From NCBI GenBank assembly GCA_036396535.1, contig DASWKR010000035.1:128944-192943 (forward strand): a stretch of DNA of 64,000 nt. The letters run 5' to 3'. The notes under the pieces were generated by a model that was given only the letters and a program-made list of their open reading frames with translations, was not told the origin of the DNA and did not search any database. This stretch comes from Acidimicrobiia bacterium. Its GTDB lineage: Bacteria; Actinomycetota; Acidimicrobiia; Spongiisociales; UBA5794. The translations under genes were made by a program, and so were the position numbers. Each line of letters starts with the position of its first letter. Position 1 is the stretch's first letter. Shown here in pieces: positions 57,017 to 64,000 of the stretch.

Positions 57017-58135
57017 TTGCTCATCGGAGTGCCGACCGAGATCAAGACGGAGGAGTACCGCGTCGCCATCACACCGGTCGGCGTGCGCGAGCTGACGGCG
57101 CGGGGCCACCGGGCTCTCGTCCAGCGGGGTGCCGGTGAGGCGTCGTCGATCTCGGACGACGACTACGTCGCCGCCGGCGCCGAGATCGTCGCGGCCGCCG
57201 ACGACGTGTTCGCCGAGGCCGAGATCATCCTCAAGGTGAAAGAGCCGCAGATCGCCGAGATCGCCAAGCTGACCGCCGGCCAGACGCTCTTCACCTACCT
57301 GCACCTGGCGGCGTACCCGCGCCAAGCCGAGGGGCTCATGGGCAGCGGCGCCACCGCCATCGCCTACGAGACGGTCGAGCTGCCGTCCGGGGCACTGCCT
57401 CTGCTGGCGCCGATGAGCGAGATCGCCGGCAGGCTGGCCGCTCAGGCGGGGGCCCACTATCTCGAGAAACCGCGCGGCGGGCGGGGCGTTCTCGTCGGAG
57501 GCGTACCCGGGGTCGCCCCGGCGCGGGTCACCGTGGTGGGAGCAGGCAGCGCCGGGACGAACGCAGCCATGATCGCGGCCGGGATGGGCGCAGACGTGGT
57601 CATCCTCGACATCAACGTCGAACGGTTGCGCCACCTCGACGAGCTCCACTGGGGCCGGTTCACGACGATCCGGTCATCGATCCACGCCATCGATGAGCTC
57701 GCCCCCGTCTCCGACCTGGTGGTCGGGGCGGTTCTCGTCGCCGGGGCGCGGGCGCCGACGGTGGTGACGGCGGAGCACATCAAGTCGATGCGGCCCGGCA
57801 GTGTCGTCGTGGACATCTCGATCGACCAGGGCGGGTGCATCGAGACCGCCCACGAGACCTCGCACGCCGACCCGGTGTACACCGTCGACGACGTGGTCCA
57901 CTACGCGGTCGGCAACATCCCCGGTGCAGTGCCCAACACCTCGACGTACGCCCTCACGAACGCCACGCTCCCGTACGTCGTGGCGCTGGCGGGCGGGCTC
58001 GGCGCCGCCGTCACTCGGTTCCCGGAGCTGCTCAAGGGGATCAACGTGGCAGGCGGGCGGATGACGCACCCTGCGGTCGCCGAGTCCATCGGCCAGGAGT
58101 ACCAGGCCCCGGAAACGGTGCTGTCACTCAACTGA
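57017..58135 (+). CDS. ald: alanine dehydrogenase
   Basis: LIGVPTEIKTEEYRVAITP start, NAD-binding VVGAGSAGTNAA and catalytic motifs. Start placed at the TTG after GGAGGA; the track's 56921 ATG adds 32 non-conserved residues. Confidence 0.8.
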   Translation: MLIGVPTEIKTEEYRVAITPVGVRELTARGHRALVQRGAGEASSISDDDYVAAGAEIVAAADDVFAEAEIILKVKEPQIAEIAKLTAGQTLFTYLHLAAYPRQAEGLMGSGATAIAYETVELPSGALPLLAPMSEIAGRLAAQAGAHYLEKPRGGRGVLVGGVPGVAPARVTVVGAGSAGTNAAMIAAGMGADVVILDINVERLRHLDELHWGRFTTIRSSIHAIDELAPVSDLVVGAVLVAGARAPTVVTAEHIKSMRPGSVVVDISIDQGGCIETAHETSHADPVYTVDDVVHYAVGNIPGAVPNTSTYALTNATLPYVVALAGGLGAAVTRFPELLKGINVAGGRMTHPAVAESIGQEYQAPETVLSLN

Positions 58136-58178
58136 CACCGGGTCGTCGGTCGGCACGGTCCGACGACCCGGCCGCGGC

Positions 58179-58655
58179 TCACACTTGGCGTTTGAACAGC
58201 TTCCGGCCCTGGAGGCGGGCCCACCACAGATAGACGGAGCCCAGGATCAGCACGACCGAGGCGAACGCCTGGTACCAGGTCGACCACTCGTACTCACCGA
58301 TCGACCACGAGTAGAGGAAGGCGAGCGCTCCCAGCGTGAGCTGGAAGGCGCCGGTCGTCACGAAGATCGCACGGCCGCCGGGTCTGGCGAGCACCAGGAT
58401 CCCCGAGATCGCCCAGGCGAGCACGACCGCCCCCACCCATCGAAGGCCGCCCAACTGGTCGGCGACGGTGGCGTCGAGGCCGATGAGATCGAAGAACGAC
58501 ACGGGGGCGATGATGAGCGGGAGGGCGAAGACGAGGTTGATGAAGATGTACACCACCATGGCGCTCGTGAACGTCGCCGCAGGGTCGCGTGGCCGCCTCG
58601 CCGTCTGGTCGCCCTCGGTCGACTCGTCGATCCGTTCGTGCTCGTCGCCGCTCAT
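58179..58655 (-). CDS. hypothetical membrane protein (4 TM)
   Basis: Start at MSGDEHE...; its ATG overlaps the stop of the HTH gene (ATGA). Hydrophobic and Trp-rich. Confidence 0.45.
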   Translation of the reverse strand: MSGDEHERIDESTEGDQTARRPRDPAATFTSAMVVYIFINLVFALPLIIAPVSFFDLIGLDATVADQLGGLRWVGAVVLAWAISGILVLARPGGRAIFVTTGAFQLTLGALAFLYSWSIGEYEWSTWYQAFASVVLILGSVYLWWARLQGRKLFKRQV

Positions 58656-58870
58656 CGATACTCCACTGACTCGCGCGTTGCCGCGCGCTGCTCGTTGATC
58701 CAGTTCTCGAAGTCGAGGCGGGACACTCGCCACTCCCGCCCGAACTTGACGGCCGGGAGCCCCCCGCTCCGCAGCTGGGACGTGACCACGAAGGTGCTCA
58801 CCCCCATGTACTCGCAGATATCGGCGACTGACAGCCATTCCTTGGGGATGTCGACGGTGATTCGCTCCAT
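58652..58870 (-). CDS. excisionase/MerR-superfamily HTH DNA-binding protein (72 aa)
   Basis: LSVADICEYMGVSTFVVTSQLRSGGLPAVKFGREWRVSRLDFENW matches the 'DNA binding domain, excisionase family' helix-turn-helix pattern. Confidence 0.55.
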   Translation of the reverse strand: MERITVDIPKEWLSVADICEYMGVSTFVVTSQLRSGGLPAVKFGREWRVSRLDFENWINEQRAATRESVEYR

Positions 58871-59042
58871 GACGCAAGGGTATTGGACGCAAGCGGTCCA
58901 GGGCAAGGTCCTGCGGATACTTGCTTTGGATTTCGCGAACTCGGTACCATCCCCGGTCTGTCGTGTACACGGCGACCACCTTGGTCGCTTCCGCTGAGGT
59001 CGTAGGGGCTGAACGGGCGGAGCGGTCTGGGAGGTTGTTGAG

Positions 59043-60587
59043 ATGCGCATCGAGTCATCGACCGTCGACCTGCACCATTTCTCCGTGGTGCGCCGCCGCG
59101 GGTACGACCCAGCCGAGGTCGACGCCGTCATGACCAGGCTCGCCGACTCGCTGCGCGAGTACGAGACGATCGTCGCTGCGCTGGAGCGGCGGTTGGACGA
59201 GGCCGAGGATTCGAGCGAGGCCGTGAGGCGCACGTTCGTGGCCGCCCAGCGCACCCACGACGAGATGCTCGCCGAAGCCGACGAGGAAGGGCGGCGCCGC
59301 CTCGCCGCGGCCGCGACAGACGCCAAGCGTCAGATCACCGAGGCGATGTCGCAGGCCGAGGACCTCGTGTCCGAGGCCCGCCTGACCGCCCAGCGGCTCA
59401 TCGACGAGGCCGAGGGCGAGAAGGCCGAGGCGCTGGCAGCCGCCGACAGGGAGCGTGCCCAGGCGAACGGGATCGTCGAGGCTGCTTCCGCCAACGCAGA
59501 CGCAGTGCGCGCCCAGGCCGACGAGGTGCTCACGTCCGCCATGGCCGAGGCCGAGGCGATGAAGGAGGACGCCGAGATCCTCGTGCAAGAGGCGAGAGCC
59601 CAGGCCCGCGCCATGCTCCACGACTCCGAGGAGACCTCGCAGCGCCTCGTCGGCGAAGCGAGGGCGGACGCCGAGGCCCGCAGGGCCACGACGGCGTCGG
59701 AAGCGGCGGAGCACCTCGCCAAGAGCCGCCGCGAGGCCGAGACGCTCATCTCCTCGGCGGTCACCGAGGCGAAGAACCTTCGGGCGAGGGTCAAGTCCGA
59801 GACGGACGAGTACAAGGAGAGCAGGCGAGCCGAAGCGCACGATCTCGTCACCGTGGCCGAGAACGAGGCAGCCGAGCTGCGCTCCAAGGCCGCCGCGGCG
59901 ACGGATGCCCTCGAGTCGACCGCCCGGGCGCAGTCCGAGGACCTGGTCAAGCGGGCCAAGATCGACGCGGCAGACCGCATCTCGACCGCCCAGCATCAGG
60001 CCGAGCGGATCGTCGACAACGCCAGGGAGCGAGCAGACGAGATCGTCGCCGAGTCCCGAACCGAGAAAGCCACCCTCGACCGGAGGCTGCAGGACCTGAG
60101 GATCGCGGTCTCCGACATCGAGCGAGAGCTGCACAAGCTCTCCGAGATCGCTCTCGGGCGGACCGGGATCGTTGCCGGCATGATCGAGGTCGAGCAGGCC
60201 GGCGAGCACGGGACCCGGCCGTCGAGCGCCACGCTCATCCATCCGGCCAGGACCGCACTCACGACCGAGGACCTCATAGCGACCCGCGACGACGCCTTCG
60301 CGGCGCCTGACGGCACCGGGCGACCGCCGGCTTCACGCCCGTTGGTCGCGCCGGACGAGGACAAGTCGTACGTGGTCCCCGACCTGGTCGAGGTCGATGA
60401 GCGGACGACGTCGCCGGCCGGAGCCGACGACGACACACCCGTGGTGGTCGTCGACGTCGACGAGCTGGCCGACGACGAGGCCTATCAGGAGCCGCTCACC
60501 CGCTACCAGCGAAGGGCATCCGGCCTGCGAGCCAGGGTCGCCCAGGCGATGCGGGAGCGCGCCGAGGCGGAGAGCTCCGAAGACTGA
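59043..60587 (+). CDS. DivIVA domain protein with long coiled-coil
   Basis: N-terminal DivIVA motif FSVVRRGYDPAEVDAVMTRL, then about 330 aa of heptad-rich A/E/R sequence and an acidic tail. Confidence 0.7.
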   Translation: MRIESSTVDLHHFSVVRRRGYDPAEVDAVMTRLADSLREYETIVAALERRLDEAEDSSEAVRRTFVAAQRTHDEMLAEADEEGRRRLAAAATDAKRQITEAMSQAEDLVSEARLTAQRLIDEAEGEKAEALAAADRERAQANGIVEAASANADAVRAQADEVLTSAMAEAEAMKEDAEILVQEARAQARAMLHDSEETSQRLVGEARADAEARRATTASEAAEHLAKSRREAETLISSAVTEAKNLRARVKSETDEYKESRRAEAHDLVTVAENEAAELRSKAAAATDALESTARAQSEDLVKRAKIDAADRISTAQHQAERIVDNARERADEIVAESRTEKATLDRRLQDLRIAVSDIERELHKLSEIALGRTGIVAGMIEVEQAGEHGTRPSSATLIHPARTALTTEDLIATRDDAFAAPDGTGRPPASRPLVAPDEDKSYVVPDLVEVDERTTSPAGADDDTPVVVVDVDELADDEAYQEPLTRYQRRASGLRARVAQAMRERAEAESSED

Positions 60588-60668
60588 CGCCCCTCCCGGC
60601 CGCGGCGGGCAGCACGCGAAACATTTGCTGAGGCAGCCCTTGCGACCTCGCAGTCGTTCCTCTTTCGT

Positions 60669-60989
60669 GTGGGGGTCGCCGAAGGGGGGAACCTGGATCC
60701 GATCGATCACCCCGACCTGCTGCACCTCGATCGTCTCATGTCGGCGAGGATCGAGGACACGCTGCAAGCCGAGCAGTTCGCGGCGCGGGTGGCGGCGAGA
60801 CGCCGCCTCACGATCCGCGACGTGTTGCTCGAGCTCGAGGATCGAAACGCCGCCGCGTCTCTCAACCTGGCGGACGGACGGGTGCTCTCCGGCAACGTGG
60901 CATCCGTCGGCCTCGATCACGCGGTGATCGCCGAGAGCGGAGCGAGCCACGTCGTCTCGATCGTGCACATCGTCTCCGTTTCGGCGTGA
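60669..60989 (+). CDS. hypothetical protein
   Basis: 106-aa ORF; GTGA-overlaps the next ORF. No family recognised. Confidence 0.3.
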   Translation: MGVAEGGNLDPIDHPDLLHLDRLMSARIEDTLQAEQFAARVAARRRLTIRDVLLELEDRNAAASLNLADGRVLSGNVASVGLDHAVIAESGASHVVSIVHIVSVSA

Positions 60990-61417
60990 GCCACACGTCG
61001 CTGCGTCGCTGGGAGGCGATGCGGCGGGAGGAAGCCATGCCGCCGCTCGGCACCCACGTCTGGCCGCACCGCCCGGCCGTGGCCACCGTCCTGTCGCCGC
61101 GTGAGTGGGAGCCGAGGCTCGCCGAAGAGATCCGCGACACCGGCACGGTTCGCCTCGTCGCCAGGGCGGCCGACCCGGACGACGTAGTGGACAGGATCGA
61201 CGAGATCGAGGTGGTCGTCGTCGGCGCAGAGACACCGTGGCTGTCGTCGTGGCTGGTCGGCGCATGGCGCCGCCTGGGACTCATCGTCGTCGGTGTGCAC
61301 GAGGAGCCGGATCAACCCGCCCGGCGGCTGTTCGTCACCGGAGGAGCCGACGAGATCGTCTCGGAGCGCCTCGAGCCGTCGGAGCTGCTCCGAACGATCC
61401 GAGCGGCGGCTCTCTGA
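60986..61417 (+). CDS. hypothetical protein with receiver-like (pseudo-REC) beta-alpha topology
   Basis: Alternating hydrophobic beta-strand blocks (VATVLSP, VRLVARAAD, EVVVVGAE, LIVVGVHEE, LFVTGGAD). The usual phospho-acceptor Asp position holds Gly. Confidence 0.3.
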   Translation: MSHTSLRRWEAMRREEAMPPLGTHVWPHRPAVATVLSPREWEPRLAEEIRDTGTVRLVARAADPDDVVDRIDEIEVVVVGAETPWLSSWLVGAWRRLGLIVVGVHEEPDQPARRLFVTGGADEIVSERLEPSELLRTIRAAAL

Positions 61418-61444
61418 CGGCGCGTCGACCGAGAACTGATCGAG

Positions 61445-62146
61445 TCACAACGAGAGCTGGTCTGCTGCTGGCGTCGTCAGCGGGTCGATCAGCTCGGGAA
61501 CGTTGTTCGCCACCTTGTTGACGAGTGTCGAGACGGGGTGCTCCACCATCTGGGGCGCCGGGTACGGCTGCATGAGGCGCATCAATCCATCCGTGTCGTC
61601 GTTGCCGGGGTCGAGCCACTCGTCCCATGCACCCTGAGGGAGCACGACGGGCATCCGGTCGTGCAGCGGCGCCACCAGCTCGTTCGGCTCGCCCGTGATG
61701 ATCGTGCAGGTCCTCACCCGCTCTTGCGTGCCCGGGTCGCGCCACGAGGCCCACAACCCGGCGAGCGCCAGCGCACCCCCGTCCCGGCCGTAGATGTAGT
61801 GCGGCAGCTTGCCCTTGGCGACCACCTGCCACTCGTAGAAGCCGTCGGCCGGGATGATGCAACGCCGTCCCACGAAGGACTCTCTGAAGGCGGCCTTCTC
61901 GGCAACGGTCTCGGCGCGGGCGTTGATGTTGCGGGCCGCCATCGAGCGATCCTTCGCCCAGAAGGGCAGGAGCCCCCAACGGAACGTCGCCAGCCTGCGC
62001 TCCGAGTCGTGCTGCACGACGGCGTAGACCGGGTCGGTGGGGGCCACGTTGTACGACGGCTCGAGCGCCTCCGTGAGGATCGAGTCGACGGAGAAGAAGC
62101 GGGCGTACCAATCCGGCGGCTGTGACTGAACGAACCTGCCGCACAT
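61445..62146 (-). CDS. SOS-response associated peptidase (SRAP/YedK/HMCES, DUF159)
   Basis: Start set at MCGRF (catalytic Cys2); SRAP blocks YNVAPT, ESFxGRRCIIPADGFYEW and TCTIIT. Confidence 0.75.
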   Translation of the reverse strand: MCGRFVQSQPPDWYARFFSVDSILTEALEPSYNVAPTDPVYAVVQHDSERRLATFRWGLLPFWAKDRSMAARNINARAETVAEKAAFRESFVGRRCIIPADGFYEWQVVAKGKLPHYIYGRDGGALALAGLWASWRDPGTQERVRTCTIITGEPNELVAPLHDRMPVVLPQGAWDEWLDPGNDDTDGLMRLMQPYPAPQMVEHPVSTLVNKVANNVPELIDPLTTPAADQLSL

Positions 62147-62230
62147 GAGCGGATTGTCCCACGCCGGGCCGGTTGCCACGGACGCCCCGGCCGGAACCGC
62201 ACGTCGTCAAGGCCTGTACCGTTCCGGCCG

Positions 62231-63160
62231 ATGACCCCTGCGATGACCGAACACTCCATCGAGCTCGTCGGTGTCTCCAGGCGCTTCGGCGAGATCCCGG
62301 CAGTCGCCAACCTCGACCTGCACGTCACGGGGGGATCGGTCGCAGTGCTCCTCGGTCCGAACGGTGCCGGCAAGACGACCACGATCCGGCTGATCACCGG
62401 CGCTCTCGCCGCAGACAGCGGCACGGTGCGGGTGCTCGGTCTCGATCCGGCCGTCGACGGCGACTTGGTGCGGGCCCGCTGCGGCGTCGTACCGCCGAAG
62501 CCCGCCATGTACGACCAGCTCACCGGGCTCGAGAACCTGCAGTTCGCCGCCGACATATGGGACGCGCCCCGCTCCTCGGTCGTCGAGGCTGCCGAGCGCT
62601 TCGGCATCGCCCACGCCCTCGCCCAGCAGGTGGGCGGGTACTCGACGGGGATGCGCACCCGGCTGGCGCTCGCCCGTGCGGTTGTCCACGACCCGGACGT
62701 GCTCCTCCTCGACGAGCCGACGGCCGGGCTCGATCCCGAGTCCGCCCGTGCCGTGCTCGACCTGATCCGCGAGCTGGCCGAGCGGGGCCGCACCATCGTG
62801 ATGTGCACCCACCTCCTCCACGAGGCGGAGGGGATCGCCGACCAGGTCGTCCTCATGGGGGCCGGGTCGGCCCGCGCCTCGGGAAGGCCAACCGACCTCG
62901 CCGGCCAATTCATGCGCCAGCCGAACGTCGTGTTCGACGCGGAGAACCGCGACTCCCTCGACGTCGTGCTGAGCCTCCCGGGTGTGGTCGATGCAATGTG
63001 GAACGGGGCGCTCCATGTCAGGCTGGAGTCGCCCGAGCACCTCCCGGACGTCGTCGCCGGCCTCGTCGCAGCCGGGGCGCGCCTCACGAGGGTCGAACCG
63101 ATCGCCCCGACGCTGGCGAACCTCTACTTCGAGATGCAGCGCTCGCTGGGTGACCTCTGA
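62231..63160 (+). CDS. ABC transporter ATP-binding protein (ABC-2 exporter type)
   Basis: Walker A GPNGAGKTT, signature YSTGMRTRL and Walker B LLLDEPTAGLD. Confidence 0.8.
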   Translation: MTPAMTEHSIELVGVSRRFGEIPAVANLDLHVTGGSVAVLLGPNGAGKTTTIRLITGALAADSGTVRVLGLDPAVDGDLVRARCGVVPPKPAMYDQLTGLENLQFAADIWDAPRSSVVEAAERFGIAHALAQQVGGYSTGMRTRLALARAVVHDPDVLLLDEPTAGLDPESARAVLDLIRELAERGRTIVMCTHLLHEAEGIADQVVLMGAGSARASGRPTDLAGQFMRQPNVVFDAENRDSLDVVLSLPGVVDAMWNGALHVRLESPEHLPDVVAGLVAAGARLTRVEPIAPTLANLYFEMQRSLGDL

Positions 63161-63999
63161 TGAGGCGCCGCAGGGTTCGCTGGTCGAAGGTGTGGACCGT
63201 GGCGAAGATCGACCTGGTGCGGCTCTTCAAGAGCAAGGACTACTGGGTGCCGATGGCGTTGCTGGCCGGCATCTTCTTCGTGGCGATGCCCTACCTGCTC
63301 CTCGCCGTCGTCACCCGGGCCGAGGCGTCGCCTCTCATCGGCCAGATCGGAGGCGTCCTCGAGACGCTGCCCGGCACGATCCGCGAGAACATCCGGGGTG
63401 ACACGGACGCCGCCAGGGCGGCGTACTCGCTGGCCGTCTACCTCCTGGCCCCGATCGCCATCGTCGTCCCCCTCACGATCTCGTCGGCGGTGGGCGCCAG
63501 CACGATCGTCGGAGAGCGGGAACGAGGGACGGGCGAGTTCCTGGCGCACTCGCCGCTGTCCGACAAGGAGATCTACCTCGGCAAGCTGATCTCGAGCCTG
63601 GCGCCCGGCTACCTGGCGACCGCGGTGGGGTTCGCCCTCTACAGCGTCATCGTCAACCTGCAGGCCGGCCCGGCCCTGGGCGGCTGGTTCTTCCCGACCG
63701 TCGGCTGGTGGGTGCTGATCTTCTGGGTGATGCCGCCGTTCCTGGCTACCGCCTTGTCGGTGATCCTCTGGGTGTCGGCCCGGGTGAAGAGCACGGCCGC
63801 CGCCCAGCAGGCGGCCAGTCTCGTGTCGCTCCCGATCATCCTCGCCTCGTACGTCGTGTCGAGCGGCCTGCTCGTCAATCCAGCGCTGGCGGGCGCCACG
63901 GTGGGTGTCCTGGCGTGGATCGTGGCGATCATCGGCCTGACGTCGGGATCGCGCGCCGTCAAGCGCGAGAAGCTCCTCGGCGTCGGAGGGGAAGGCTGA
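63160..63999 (+). CDS. ABC-2 family transporter permease
   Basis: 279 aa with 6 TM; ATGA-coupled to the ATPase. Confidence 0.6.
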   Translation: MRRRRVRWSKVWTVAKIDLVRLFKSKDYWVPMALLAGIFFVAMPYLLLAVVTRAEASPLIGQIGGVLETLPGTIRENIRGDTDAARAAYSLAVYLLAPIAIVVPLTISSAVGASTIVGERERGTGEFLAHSPLSDKEIYLGKLISSLAPGYLATAVGFALYSVIVNLQAGPALGGWFFPTVGWWVLIFWVMPPFLATALSVILWVSARVKSTAAAQQAASLVSLPIILASYVVSSGLLVNPALAGATVGVLAWIVAIIGLTSGSRAVKREKLLGVGGEG

Positions 64000-64000
64000 G

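Noticed and set aside
60590-60668. Possible terminator after divIVA (CCCGGCCGCGGCGGG)
   Set aside because: The arms are not complementary (CCCGG/GCGGG mismatch), so it is not a convincing hairpin.

Overview
High-GC (about 70%) chromosomal segment, most likely from an actinobacterium; the taxonomy is inferred from composition and gene content only. Genes are densely packed and many are coupled by ATGA or GTGA start/stop overlaps. Most of the window is housekeeping: xseA (partial), a ClC channel, manC, a sigma-70 factor, yyaL, hflX, gpsA, tag, nadE, tyrA, two DAHP synthases, alanine dehydrogenase and DivIVA. There is a complete caa3-type cytochrome c oxidase operon ctaC-D-E-F-G, with the heme A genes ctaB and ctaA encoded separately. 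A five-gene branched-chain amino acid ABC transporter (livK-H-M-G-F) and several CBS, HTH and membrane proteins of unknown function are also present.

The main findings are:
- **Selenium utilisation.** selD is a selenoprotein gene. An in-frame UGA at 47459-47461 sits inside the conserved SHGAG-U-ACK motif, followed by a SECIS-like hairpin; the ORF track truncates the gene at a downstream TTG. A 95-nt tRNA-Sec (UCA anticodon) lies about 20 kb away at 27025-27119.
- **Toxin-antitoxin pair next to selC.** A TacA/TacT-like pair (DUF1778 antitoxin plus GNAT toxin) sits immediately beside selC. An 11-nt-period direct repeat operator lies upstream of the corrected antitoxin start.
- **Envelope module.** A three-gene module at 13637-17589 centres on a fusion of a BY-kinase/MinD-like ATPase domain (Walker A lysine replaced: GQGATT) to an extracytoplasmic LytR-CpsA-Psr (LCP) domain. 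It is flanked on both sides by paralogous Thr/Pro-linker membrane proteins that share an unassigned C-terminal domain.
- **Regulatory elements.** A perfect Crp-type palindrome (TGTGA-N6-TCACA) with extra repeats sits in the divergent sigma factor/yyaL region, and a triple-hairpin cluster sits at 6751-6868.
- **Subunit I fusion.** CtaD carries a C-terminal fusion resembling the actinobacterial CtaF subunit.

No CRISPR array, transposase or integrase was seen. Many long Arg/Pro-rich ORFs in the six-frame track are alternative-frame artefacts of the GC-rich sequence.
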